Origin: the human T2T-CHM13v2.0 reference genome, Homo sapiens
Strand: one strand, 5' to 3'
Assembly: GCF_009914755.1 (NCBI RefSeq)
Contig: NC_060935.1
DNA: 64,000 nt
In this document: positions 25,111 to 38,820 of the stretch, piece by piece
How positions within the stretch are numbered: the first letter of the stretch is position 1
Layout: each line of letters starts with the position of its first letter
Notes under the pieces: generated by a model
Told to the model about the DNA's origin: nothing
Seen by the model: only the letters and a program-made list of their open reading frames with translations
The model's database searches: none
Translations under genes and position numbers: made by a program

Positions 25111-28100
25111 ACATAGTGAAGTGTATATTATTCAGTCCTCATAACATATAATTGCTTAAATATGCAATATTTGTTTACATTATTTGATATCGATAGTCAT
25201 GGAGTATTTTGCCCAATTTTGACCATTACAATAAACAAATATGTTTGATTTTTAACTTTTACATTGTCATATTTTTTAGCTAAGTGCATTCTACTTTGCA
25301 TCTGTGGTAATGGATTCAAAATGAAATATAGCTCCATATTTTCTCTTCCAAATAAAACCTGTTTGTTCATCATCCTTCCCCTTGACATCTTAAAAAGGGC
25401 AATCAAATTTCCACGACCCACTGTGCAATTGCTAAGTATGCATAATAAATAAATTTTAAAAATAAAAAAGGAAACAGAAGAAAAACATATCTGAGCACAG
25501 AGAAATAACAGAGGTAACATCTAAGTTCAATAAAAGCAGGAACTATATAACTTTTAATTTGCCAATAAATACTCAAAATTATTACTCCAAGTAGTTGTTG
25601 AATGACTGAATAAAAATAGATTATTTCCACAAAAACACATCACATAGTTGAGTTAAAAGCCAGCCATAAATAATAATAATCGCTGCCATTATGTAAAACC
25701 AAAGATGCACCAGACTGAGCTAATTATTTTATATGGATTTTGCCATTTAATTCTGATTCTTAAAAAGTGAGTATTATAATTGACTCACTTACATAGGACT
25801 GAAAAGACAAATTTATTTTATTCAAGGGAACAGAGCCAGACTGGGAGTAGAGTCAAAACTATAATAAACAACAAGTTGGGAAAAAAAATAGAGAGAGAAG
25901 CTCAGTTGGAAGACTTCTGCTCACTGGGAGAAACAGCTTTCTGGGATAGTGAAGAATTGGGTTATGGAGGTAAACAAGGAATCACTTTATAACCATTGAA
26001 GCAAGACATTTTATATGGTGAAAGCTGCAGGCAAATGCTGAATCTGAGAATCTTTATGATCTTGTAACCTTTGGTCTCATAATGTTGTAATTAAGCATGT
26101 TATTTTCTTTCATTCATTTGTACTTTCACATATGTAAACCCTAGGCCAGGAATTCTATTTCTTGGCTTCTATCTTCATTGTTATGCAAGTCTGGGCTCCA
26201 GTGAATGTTTCTTCTATATCCCTATTCCTGTTTTGTCTTAAAATAATTTTTCTCTCCACCCAAGATACTATTGACTGCATTATAATGCCTCTATGATGTC
26301 ATTATATTTGTGTATGTCCGCCTCTTTCACCAGCTTGTGAGCTCTTTTGTAAATCCCTGGGGTTAGCATTGCATCTGATATATAAAAGGTCTAAAATAAG
26401 TCATCATTACATACTAAATAAAAGGCGAGTCAACCTAGAACTTTAATTTGAACTGTTTAGTTTAGTTCAGCAAACATAAGGCAAAACATTTTATGAAATT
26501 TTAAATAAAGAAAAGAAAATTTTTGTTGAAGTAATAAGGAAGAGAAATAAATGTTCTGCTTCTCCAGATTTAATAATGCAGTGACTAAGCAGGAATCCAA
26601 GTGCTTTGTTATTCTTTTGAGATCTGCTGTTGACAAGTGAAGAGGTTTTTATATCTTTATAAATATTCACACTGGTAATGTAATCCAGTCACCTTGTCTT
26701 ACTTATTTTATAAGACGTTTTGGAGTGGGGTGATGGGGGATGTTCAAAATCTATTTTCTATTCTTATTGTACATTTGTTTTAAATGTACTAGAGAAGAGA
26801 ATACAATACAAATGTACTTAATTTGTTTTAACACAGTATAAATATTTATTGGAGAAATTTATTGGTCTTCCCTCAAGACAAAAATGATGAAGTAAATATA
26901 TGACTTATGTTATTTGTACTACATATCTCCGGGTTTTGTCATGATGCTGTAGTTTCTCCTTTGGAGGAGAAAGAAGCTTCCAGTAGAACCTAGAAAAAGG
27001 TCTAGACGTAAAGGGAATATAGTTCATCTCTGAGCATTTAACTAGTAAAATCAACACAAAGTGATGAGAATGAAAGTTTTCTAAGCCATGTAAAATTACC
27101 GTCTGAATAAATCTCTTTAAAGAAACAAAATATCGTCAGAAGGAACTAACCAGTTTAGAAATCAAGGCTTATAGTATCTACTCCATTCTGACTTTGCTTT
27201 AATTTTTGGCTTACCAAAGATTCCTCTTACTACTATTTTGACTTGTATGTGACTAGATATGATAAAATTGTATGTGTGTGTTTTTGGAAAGGGTTTGGAA
27301 GAATCCCTAGCCATGGGCATTTTCACTCCCAGACCAAGACTGATGAATAGATCCTGAGCTGTTATATATTCAATAAGAAAATGCCACTTTGTCACATGAC
27401 CTATTGCTGAAAGCACTCTTTCCATCTCAGCACCAATGTAAATAATCTTCCAACTTTGAATATTCTTTGGCATTTATTCTAAATGCTTGCAGCTATCTCA
27501 CTATGTATGTTTGCTTTTCTCTTTGAGCATGAAAATCAGGACCTTAATAGCTACAGAAATGATATTCATTTCACCTTTCTGGAATCCAATACACAGGCTT
27601 GATTTTTACGGTTTGGCTCAGATTCAGCTATTAACCATTTCTTCAAATGTGAACAATATGACCCAGCTCTCAAATGAGAGTTTTAGGTGACTGCATTAAA
27701 TGTAACAAATTGCCACTTGATAAAACAATTTTATCTTGACAACATTATGCAAGCAAAGGTTACAAGAGAACCATAAAGATTCTCGGATTCAGCTTTTGCC
27801 TGCAGCTTTCACCATATAAAATGTCTTGCATCAAAGGTTGTAAAGTGATTACTTGTCTACCTCCAGAACCCCATTCTTCACTATCTCTGGAAGCTCTTTC
27901 ACCCAGTGAGAATAAGTCTTCAGACTGAACTTCTCATTCTTTCTTCAATGTGGTGTTTATTACAGTTTCAACTACTCCCAGATGCCCCACTCCTTTAAAT
28001 AAATTAAATGTGTCTGTTTTGGTCTTAAAAAATAATACTCTGAAATGAATGTAATATTGCAATGACATTCTGATTTCTAGCACAGAGTATGCTGATTTCT

Positions 28101-28459
28101 ATCTTCTATTCTGAAATCTTGTAACAGCATTTGTTATTTTGAAGGTTTAGTGAGGGAATGCACATCTTACTGTTGACAGGGATTTTCTATGCTTTATTAT
28201 CTTACTTTTCTAATGCTTTATTATCTTACTTGAAATAGTGGCGTCATGTCCCACTCATTCTATATCCATGCACCGATGATTTTCAATGGAAGTCTTGTCT
28301 TTTTTCATTAACTATAAAATCATAGTTTTGTGTTACATTAAAATTTCAGGGTACCTTTCTGAAAAGCACCCATATTGTCTCTTTATTCATTAACTTGCTG
28401 CTATGATCTCAAGAAGCTGTGGATAATCCCAATTCATGTGTGATCTTGGACATTTAGAA

Positions 28460-28485
28460 GTGTGTGTGTGTGTGTGTGTGTTTGG

Positions 28486-28533
<48 letters not shown>

Positions 28534-28560
28534 GAGAGAAAGAGACAGACCGACAGAGAA
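28460..28560. repeat. Compound (TG)n(AG)n microsatellite
   Basis: direct reading. Confidence 0.95.
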
Positions 28561-28973
28561 AGACATGGGGGTGGAAGTGTGGGAGTGGGGCTCTGAAATA
28601 GAATCCTGCAATTCCTTAGAAACAACTTAGTGGCTAAAGTCTATTCCTGCTTATGGATGTAGATGCTTTGGGGAGCTCTGACACTGTAGAAACTATACAA
28701 TGTTGTTGTCATCTGACTGAAATCTCCATTCCTGGTACAGGAAGATTTAGACTTCTTTAGAGGGGTCTGCATGTTTGGCAGGGGTGGGGGGTATTATGTG
28801 GGCCATTAAGATAATCATAGATCATTGTGGCTGCATAAATAATCACAGTAAACATTTTCCTGGATTAGGGTCTTGAGAATCACCTATTGTTTCATGGTGC
28901 CCACAAGGTGACTGGTAAAGATGGGTTTAAACAAGATGAAGAAAGGCCATGTTTCCAAGTGGTTAAGAATATA

Positions 28974-29232
28974 TGTTACTGGGAAGTGTGGGGTTCCTCA
29001 ATTCTTGTCGTCTTGGAGCAAAGAATTCAGCCAAGAGACCAATTAGTAAAGCAAGTGAAAGCTTTATTAAGGAAATAAAAGTAGATTCCAAGAGAGAAGT
29101 GGGATGACCCTGCTGGGAGCAGTCACAAGAGTTCTGCACTGCGATTTTTGTTATGTTGGACTGTTTCTTTAAGGTCTTGCTCCTGTCTTAAGTCTCTGCT
29201 TTTGTCCCTACCTAGTTCCCACCCAGGTTTGT
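28974..29232 (-). mobile_element. Partial ERV1-type LTR (3' portion)
   Basis: tgttactggg start; aaagaattcagccaagagac; gctttattaagg (poly(A) signal on minus strand); ends abruptly at the GGA tract. Confidence 0.65.
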
Positions 29233-29356
29233 GAAGGAGGAAGAAGAGGGGGAGGAGGAATTGGAGAAGAGAAAAAGAGAGGTGGAGGAGGAGAAGGAGG
29301 AGGTGGAGGAGGAGAAGGAGGAGGAGGAGGGAGGGGAAAGAAGAAAAGAAAGAAAA
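29233..29356. repeat. (GGA)n/GA-rich polypurine tract
   Basis: direct reading. Confidence 0.9.
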
Positions 29357-29379
29357 GTGTAAGACAGAATTTCTCAGAA

Positions 29380-29662
29380 AAGAACATTGTCAGCAATGAC
29401 CCTGGTTTTTGTAATATGCTCTATATGTTTCAGGAAAAGTAAAGAGATCAGAGAGGCTCCAGTGCATTGAGGAGTGTAGGAGAAAGATGAGAACAACAAC
29501 ATAGACAGGACCCAATCACATGGACTTTGTATTTTACAGTATAGAGATTAGATTTTAATCTAAAATGATAACAAGACTCCAGAAAGTTTGGAGCAGAGAT
29601 ACTCTAATATTTAAATTTTAAAAGAATAATTCTGAATGATTTGTGTACAATAGACTGAGAGG
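29380..29662 (-). mobile_element. L2 fragment
   Basis: gtttcaggaa...gattttaatctaa...ttttaaaagaataattctg...aatagactgagagg. Confidence 0.7.
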
Positions 29663-29950
29663 ACATATAAGAAAATACTTTGTTCTCACATTTTCAAGGT
29701 TTAAAAGATACACAAAATTTCAATATACCTTGTTTGAAAATGTGTCCTCCTCTGGAATCATATAAATTCCACTATTCTCAGTCCATTTTACAATGGGCAT
29801 CCAATTTGAGTAGTCACTATTCACTGTGATAGTAGAAGTAATTAAGAAAAGATAGGTTAGTCAGGCTTGTACAAACTTGAACAGTTTAATTGCTGCCTTG
29901 ATGATTGTTTCACTATGGATCGAACTTATAAATATATTTTGCATAGTTTC

Positions 29951-30121
29951 TGCTATGAACTAAATTGCCTCCTTCAGATTTATACGTTGAAACTCTAACT
30001 GTCAAGGTCATGGTATTTGGAGATAGGGCCTTTGGGAGACAATTAGGTTTGGATAAGGTCATAAAATGGTGCCATAATCCCAGAGGAGTGGTGCCCTTAT
30101 TTAAAGAGGAAGAGACACCAG
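29951..30121 (+). mobile_element. MLT1A0-like LTR, 5' half only
   Basis: tgctatgaactaaattg...ggtatttggagatagggcctttgggag...gtgcccttat...agagacaccag. Confidence 0.85.
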
Positions 30122-32049
30122 TATGTGCCAGATTGCAAGGGAGAATGGATTTATTGCGTTACATGGATGAAATTCATTCAGCAATGTGGAGCCATTGAAG
30201 TTTATTGGTTAATGCCTTAATATTTGGTATAAACATATATATTTTCCTAAAATATTCTATTTAAAATACTTTATTTTTATATTTAATTAAATATTATTTT
30301 ATTTAAAAAAAACTTGAAGACCATATCAATTTCTAGGAAATCAATATAGCCTATTTCATAAATAGGCTATAAAACTGTGAGCTAAAAGTACATAGGGAGT
30401 GACAGAACACAGCAAAGTTTTAGAGGTCATATATATTCTGTGCCATGAACAAAATGAACAGTAATGATGCATAAGAGGATTTTTGTCCGTTTTAACTCAA
30501 TGCTGAAAAATGATTAGTCAGTTGCCAATTAGACTCATCCACTTGAATAGACAACCAAGAGTTCATGGTAACCATCATATTACCTACATAAAAGACAGAA
30601 ATAGATTTTAACTAAAACACTATCATTATTCATGAGAACCCAAGTTTGAAGGCCTATGTTAATACAAGGATCACTAAACAGGAATTATTTTAGATTCTAA
30701 GTCTTGCTTTGAAATAACCCACAGAATAATTAATTTTTCTCTACCTTTTCAATATAATGTTATCAAAATTTTAGCCTGATCTCTATTCACTGTGTAACTA
30801 TGTGGCTTCTAACATGTCTAGGCAATATGGTAGGAATTTGATTGATGACTTCAACATTCCTTATAAAAATGGGAAAAATTAAAAACAAAAATATAATCGA
30901 CTCTCAAAATGTGTGTAAAATGATCTGTTTTGAAAAATTTGTCAACAAACGTTTCTGTTCTTTCATTTAGCTGAAAAACCATAATGATAGCATTGCCTTG
31001 AGCAAGGCAGGCTTAACATGGACAGATAAATTTGGAGAGCATCTGTGCAGAACAGAACTACTTCTGTGGAGCACAAGGCTCCAGGCTGATTTTGAGCTTG
31101 CATGCAGGGAATGTCCTAAGTAGTGACAGATACTTCAGATCATGAAAATGGCACCAAGCAATAAAGTTCTCATGTGCCTCTGAGTAGAATGGGCACTTTG
31201 GCCCTATATTGCCCTGTTTTGTTTTATCTGATCTTTGAAGTAATATTGGTGAATATCGTTACCACTGAAATAGAAGGTTAAAAGCAAAATCAGGGATAAC
31301 ATGCTGTTCAGAATGAGATAATGGCATGAAGATGATATTAACACTGCTTTCAAGAAGTCAGAGTAGGTTTGAACATATGGTAACAGTTGGATAATGAATG
31401 AGATAATGAAAGAAACATGACAAAATTGGAGAGAGATAGACTAATTGTGGCTACATATGGGGCTAAAGCCAAAAGATGTAAACAAAGTGAAAGCAAATGA
31501 GTACCAAAAGTTTGGATCAGTTGGGAGAGTGTATTTCTCATAGCTGGTCCTTTTATATACTGACCTTTTTTTTGTATATCCATGTTCCATTTTCAAAAAC
31601 CCACAATAGTCTATCCAGAAAGAAACTTTATCTGAGCCCAGCATCTAAATTTTTATCAAGATCTTAGAATAATACATTATTTTAAAATTCATAAATTATA
31701 TCCTTCTGCTATTAGTTCTTTTGCATTTAATTGACAGATGTAATAATGAGAATTTGAATACTAAGTTCTGAAAAAATCCAAATAATTAAATAAAAATCAC
31801 ATTTTATTCATGTCTGTTTTATTGACAATAAGGTAATGCCTTAATATTTGGCATAAATATATATTTTCCTACAAATATTTTAAGTAATTTATTATATTTA
31901 ATTAAATATTATTTTATTAAAAAACATGAAGACCATATCACTTTCAAGGAAACCAACATAGCCTATTTCATAAAGGGCTACAAAACTATGAACTAAAGTG
32001 CATTTTCTGTGCTTCAGGCCACAGAAAAGCTCTATTAATATGGCAAGCT

Positions 32050-32510
32050 ATGTGACTACAAAACCGTTTTTCAAGACAGGGTCTCAAAAATATTTAAAGC
32101 CATATTGAGAATATGATTCGGTTAGACAAAAGGCCTTCTAAGAAGGTTAAAGATGTACTTACACCTAATCAAGAAATTTCCAATATTTGCAAACATTGAT
32201 TTCACAATTGCTATGGATCAGTAACTCAATGCCTCCAATTTTCTCCCATTTTTAAATGATAATGTACATAGTGATTATTTTATGCATGTCCTACCATTGT
32301 ACGTTATTTGTCTTAGAAAAGATTACTCTTGTTAGTTTCACAGGTGAGAGGACTTGTACTCTAGCAGTCATACTTAATGAGCTATCCCAGGGAGCATCAT
32401 CTACATATTGTTTTAAGTCTCACTTAATAACAAGTTTCTGGGCCATGGAAGGGAGTGAATGTATGTTGCATGTGGGAGGAACATGAATTATTGTGAACCA
32501 GACAGCAGTC
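32050..32510 (+). mobile_element. MaLR internal (MLT1-int) 3' segment
   Basis: aattgctatggatcagt...ccattgta...gtatgttgcatgtgggaggaacatgaatt immediately upstream of an LTR. Confidence 0.7.
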
Positions 32511-33049
32511 TGTGGAGCACAGATGCCAAGATAGTCCCAAATGATCCCTGCTTGCCTCTGGTATTCAAATCTTTGTGCAGTCTTCCCCCATACTATATTA
32601 AAGTTGTTCCTGTGTCACTAGCAACATATGGCAGAAGTGATGGTCTGTCTCTTCTGATTCTGGTAGGTTATAAAAGATACTGTGGGTTCTCTCTTGATTT
32701 CTTTTGCGCTATCTCTCTGTCTCTGAAAATAGGAAGCTACTATTTGGAAAAGCCCTACAAAGATACCCACATGAAAGGTTGCTGAAGCATACAGCCAATA
32801 GCCAATAAGGAACTAAGGCCTGCCAAGAGCCACATATGAGAGCTTAGAATAACATTCTCCAGCCCAAGCAAAGCCTTATGATGATTGAAGCCTTACTCTA
32901 CAAACTGACTGTAATCTTCTCAAAGATACTGAGTCAAAACTGCCCAACTGAGCATCTACTGGGTTCTTGAAACTGTGTTAGACAATAACTGTTGTTTTAA
33001 AGTGTTAATCTTTGGAGTAATTTGTTATGTAACATTTGAAACTGAATGC
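32511..33049 (+). mobile_element. MLT1F-like LTR
   Basis: tgtgg...ccaagat...aatgatccc...ctggtattca...gcagaagtgatggt...taggttataaaaga; ends ggagtaatttgttatg. Confidence 0.85.
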
Positions 33050-33906
33050 CTATATCTAAAATTAAAATTTACCTTCTTATGGAAGATGACATGACTCTTC
33101 CATTGCAATTATAATATTACAGTATGATAATTTAGTTATAGATCACTATAATGTGAGGGCAACTATGTTTCCTTTAAGCCTGTTTCTCCAGGGGCCATCC
33201 TAGTATCACACCTATCACATAACAAATATTAAATGTTTACAGAAAGGAGTAAGGGACATAAGGAATAAAGTGATTTTTTTCTCTAACATTTTTGTCAAAT
33301 TTTCAGACACAAACTAGACTAAAAAAATACACTAATTAATATTCCACTATTCCAAATCAAAGAACTTATTTTTTTCTGTTTCACATATCTTTGAGAAATG
33401 CAAAAATAATGAGGTCATGAATAAGTAGTTAAGCAGGTCTGTGTTTAAAAATTAAAGGCCAGATTGCCTACATAGTTTTGTGTTAGGTAAAGAAAACAGT
33501 GTTCTCTATCTCAAATTGCCACCTCTTTTTTAAAAAAGAAAATAAGAATAATTAGTGTATTTATTAAAGTATTGTGAAAGAGAAAGTATTTTCTACTGCA
33601 ATTACCAAACATTTTCACTGGACATAAAGTGGTCTTTACCTCTAATGTGATTTTTTTTCCTATTTGAAAAATAATCAAAAACACATTATCCAAGAAATAA
33701 ATGGTGGTGCGTAGTTGAATAAATAACACTCCCAACATGTAGAACAATTATATACTCTGCAACAAAATTGAAGCTGAGATAGATACAAACACCAAGGGAG
33801 CAGACTTAATAGGCAAAATAGAAAGACTCTAATATAATTATTGACAGAGGAGCTCAGCTCTGCAAACTGGCAATCCCGTCAATCCTCTTTTCAATTAAAA
33901 GTATGC

Positions 33907-34113
33907 AGGGAGGGAACAACACACATCCACTGGGGCCTGTGGGCTGTGGGGAGAGAGAGCAACAGGACAAATAGCTAATGCATGCAGGGCTTAAAACCTA
34001 GATGACAAGTTGATAGGTGCAGCAAACCACCATAGCACACATATACCTACTTAAGAAAACTGCACGTTCTGCACATGTATCCCAGAACTTAAAGTAAGAT
34101 AAATTATTTTTTT
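33907..34113 (+). mobile_element. Short L1PA 3' end
   Basis: gggagggaacaacacac...gataggtgcagcaaaccacca...cccagaacttaaagta; TSD aaagtatgc at 33898-33906 and 34114-34122. Confidence 0.92.
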
Positions 34114-35194
34114 AAAGTATGCTGCCCACTTTCTCCCCGAACCTAGGAGGAAGCCCTCTGGCAATTGTGAGGGAAGAATTATAGGGCTTAATGTTATCAG
34201 CTAATCAGGTAACCTTGATATGGTCTCACTAATACAGGACGCCCCCAGTCAAACTAGATCATTGATATTCTTCGAACAAGTTCCATGCTTTCCTACTTCT
34301 TTGTATTATTCCTTCTACTTGGGATAGTTTCCCTTGCTTATAACTCACACATTTGACTTCTAAATATTGTTCATTTTTCAGTCTTTAAAGGTCACTTTTC
34401 ACAAGAAGAATTATCTAATAACTATAGAACTGTGTCCTTTTAAGCCTCTTGGAAGACACTGACAGTACAATTTACAAGGATTTTATAGAGTATTTATTGT
34501 GTTTGTACATCTATACAAATCACAGAACAGGATTTGATGACCAAACACCTCTAAAAAGAAGTTAAAACTAAACATGGTGTTTGAGGCAAGAGAAGGGAAC
34601 TAAAGGCTAAGCAAGTGCTGTTGTATTTCATTCATTAAATCTTAGAAATCCTCTAACATTTTTAAAGCTTGGAATAAATTAATATGATTATGTAATTAGT
34701 ATTAAGAGTTGAAATATTGCTTTACTTTCTACCAAAATATTAGCAAAATTTTAAATATAAGGATTAGTAAAAAATAGTCACACACATGATTTAATGAGAT
34801 AGAATCTATGTTGTTACAACTTTAGGAGAGATATCTAACATTACAACTAAAATCCAATAACAATGAACCCGGAAAAAAATGGAAACTGCTCATTCATGCT
34901 CAAAATATATTTAAATATATGTAAATGTATGGTAACCCGTTGAAAGGATTTTAAAAACTTTGCAAACAACAGAAATTCATTTAGCAGCAATGTAATTTAA
35001 TGCAGCAAAGCAATGTCGAAAATAACTGTACAATCATTTTTATTAAAAACTCTTAATCATATGGAAACACATTCTTTAAAGAATAGCTGTTAACTCAGGG
35101 AATGTTAGAATCTCTAAGGCAAGTTGCAAACCAGAAAAACAGGAAGAATCAAGGCTCTGTGCCACGTGAGTGAAATAATTTATATCTGATTTTA

Positions 35195-35565
35195 TAAATG
35201 AATTTAGTGCTTACATGTATCAGTTGATGTGCCAGGCAGTTAGGGTACAAAGAAAAATATGACATGAGCTTTATCTTAGAGGGCATGATAGTTGAGAGAA
35301 GGTGATAACAACACAGAAATAAACGTTCCCCTAAAGTAATAGACATATAATCAGATGGGCATGTGTGTAGGGCTTCAGAACTTCCTTTAACTAGGATTCT
35401 CAGACTAAAGTATCCATACATTTAAGATAGAGGAGCAGTGGGAGCATGTAAAGTATTATAATTTATACATTAATAGGCATTTAAGGCTGAGAAGACAACA
35501 TGAAAAAGAACAGAAATGCTACATGGTGATATGAGGCACCATAATCAGTTTGGTATTATTATAGC
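35195..35565 (-). mobile_element. L2 fragment
   Basis: atttagtgcttac...atgtgccaggcagttagg. Confidence 0.55.
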
Positions 35566-35577
35566 ATCACCTAAAGA

Positions 35578-35720
35578 TAGAGTCAAATACATAAATTGTG
35601 GGGCACAGTACAAAATGGAAGTGTTCAAAAATGCTTAAGAATTTCAACGTGGTTTCTGAACATTAAAGTAAGCCCTGGGCCCTCTGAGCATTAGGGCTAG
35701 TTCACATGCCAAACGGCCGA
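35578..35720 (-). mobile_element. MER45A (hAT-Tip100 MITE)
   Basis: tacataaattgtggggcacagtacaaaatg...tgttcaaaaatgcttaagaatttcaa...cattaaa...gggccc. Confidence 0.75.
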
Positions 35721-36869
35721 TATATCATATTGTGTTTAAAAGTTAGCTCAAGAGTGAAGCCAACTGGGATTCACATCCCAGCTCTGCTCTTTATATTGTA
35801 AATTTAAAAACATAGCAGTGCTGTCTACAAAGTGCCAGTGGGAAGCCCCACATTTAATTCCGGTTATATAAGAAGTCCGAAAGAATCAACCCCCTCAGGT
35901 GGAGATCCTTGAAGTATGCCTGCAGAGAGACCTAAAGTGAAGCTATATCCTAAGAGGGGACAGTCAGGACTTAGTTGCAGACAAAGGAACAAAGGAGGGT
36001 TCATCACACAAAGGAACCAGAAGGTACAGGGAACCAGAAAGTACAGTCAAAAGATCTGGGAGGAACATCATCTAAGAGAAAAAATAAGGGAGACAGAGAG
36101 AAAGAGAGAGAGAGAATATATATGAAGAAAGAAATGTGCAATAGATCAATGGAAATTAGTAATAACATCAAATTCTGGAATATGGTTCTCTGCTTTTACA
36201 TTTACTTTGATGATATGATGATGTCTATTTGAAATATTCTGTAAGGATCATTTTACGTCTCTATATTTGCTATTTTCCTGCAGGTTTAAGTTGTGGGGCA
36301 AACTCAAAATCAGTCTTATATTATATAAGATTATCTAATTTATTAAACTAACTTTACATAACATGGCTGATTTTGCTACCATAATTAAACCCAATTACTA
36401 AGAATATAATTAAAATTTAATAAGAATGGTAATTTATAAAAATAATACCACAAATAAAAGCAAAGACTACTTTCTGTAAATTAATCTATTTACTAATCAG
36501 AAAGAACACCAACACAAACAAATCAACTAAATTTTGTCCTTTTGGTTATTTAATGTAGACATACAACTTTGCCTTTAAAAACATCACATTGCCCTTTGAA
36601 TCTATACATAGAGACAAAGGAGCAGGAGAGAAAAGGAAATGAAGCGTTTAAGTGGAAGAAGGGAATAAATAAACATGGTATATGATGGGAAAACATCATT
36701 TTAAAGCACAGATACACTAAGAACTGATCAGCGTGTGCTGATCGTTCTCTCTTGTAACAAATTTGGTCATAATAGGAAAGCAAAATATCATTACTGTGTA
36801 TCATCTTTGAAAGCATGCTAATAGCTAAATTTTTCTTTACTTTTATTTTGTTTCTGCCAATATAAATGA

Positions 36870-37226
<357 letters not shown>

Positions 37227-38820
37227 TAAAGCCCACTGACCAAGGGTAACCAGAAATATGTCCATAGTGCAAAAGGAAGCAGGGAAGGAAGGGAGAGAGG
37301 AATGGAGGCGAGAGAGAGAGAGAGAGAGAATTAGTTTGCTGCAACAAGGGAGAACAACATATTTTAGAGCAACTGTCTGTATTCCAGTAGAAGAAACTGG
37401 GCTCTAATGGTGTAAATTTAGGCTTAGTAATTCTTAAGAAAGTGGAAACCAGCTCTGAATTGAACACTGAGAAGAAGCAGGAGCAGTTTAGTAATTGTTA
37501 CTCAGGAGAAAGAATAATGACATCATGCTGGGAATATCCTTGGTGAAGAAAACAGTTACTCAGAAGAAGGATATATTTGACATTTTGGCTGTATCCTCTT
37601 AGAGACATGGTTTTCTTATGGCCCTGGCCCTGTCCAAAATACCACCCCCGCAAAACAAAAACAAAAACAAAAAAACACTTCTATTTATATCCTATTAGAA
37701 ATGTCATAGTCTGACAATCAGAAGAGCTGATTTTCACTTAATTGTATCATTAGAAAAAAAAAAAAAAATTTGAGGCATAAAAAGAATACAGAATTTAAAA
37801 TACTCATTTAAATATTCACTTAATGCATTATAAGTTTATTTAGCACTGGAGTCTGGTTTCTTGATTCTCAAGAAAGTAATGTAATACTAACATGAGACTA
37901 ACATGAAAATAATTATAAACATTTCATTGGTTTTTTGTGTTGGTGTACTTTCTGATTAGTAAACAGGTTAATTTACAGGAAGTAGCCTTTGATTTTATTC
38001 GTGGGAAAAGTTTTATATATCACCATTCTTATTAAATTTTAATTAAATATATTCTTAGTAATTGGTTTTGTGTATATATGAAGTAAAGCAAGTTTTTTCT
38101 GCAGGAAAATCACCGATTTTTCAGATTTCCCCTCCTTAAAGATACCTACAGAAACTATTATATTAAGTAATTAGAGCATTAGAGAACTCTTCTGCTCCAT
38201 TGCATGGCAAAGTTGCTCAGCTAAGTGTTTCAGCCTCTGGCCTCCTACATTAACACAGCTCAGGGAAATGGCCCAAGGTGTAAATAGAAGCTCCAGCTCA
38301 TTGGAAGTGTGCTCAACCTGAAACTCAAAGGACTTCTTGGTAATGTACCTATTTCTCATTGTTAACAAAGAAGTTTCTTCTCATTTGTAAAGTCATATAT
38401 AGAGGCAAAGAATATCGTATATTCACACAAATCCTCAGCCTGAAATGAAGGCCAGAATGGTGCATTAACCACAGTCACTCATTGCAATTTAGAGATGAGG
38501 TATCACCTTAAGTGAATTGCAGGATATGGAAGGTTAAATGAAGTCCGTTCGGGGTCATTTTTTTTTTTTTTTTTTTCAGAGTAAATCACTCCATTCCTCA
38601 TTTGGCTCCTATATGCCTGGTTCGCCCATCTTTGCTACCCAGAAGGCAGCCAGTTTTACTCTGGGTTTATTATGTTTGTTTTGTGTTTTTTTGTTTGTTT
38701 GTTTGTTTTTGCACATTAGTCCACGGTGACTTTATGCAAATACAAGAAAATGTGACTATATATTCTTATTTGCTCCCCACACAGGCTAGCATATGATATG
38801 CACTCTTCTGAGCCCTCCCT

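Noticed and set aside
29208-29396. Poly-proline ORF
   Set aside because: Reverse-strand translation of the GGA-rich low-complexity tract.
30210-32003. Direct repeats read as paired LTRs of a provirus
   Set aside because: No TG..CA termini, PBS, polypurine tract or TSD; the interior has no retroviral coding remnants that I can see.
36727-36744. Short palindrome gatcagc-gtgt-gctgatc
   Set aside because: A 7-bp stem is expected by chance in 64 kb.
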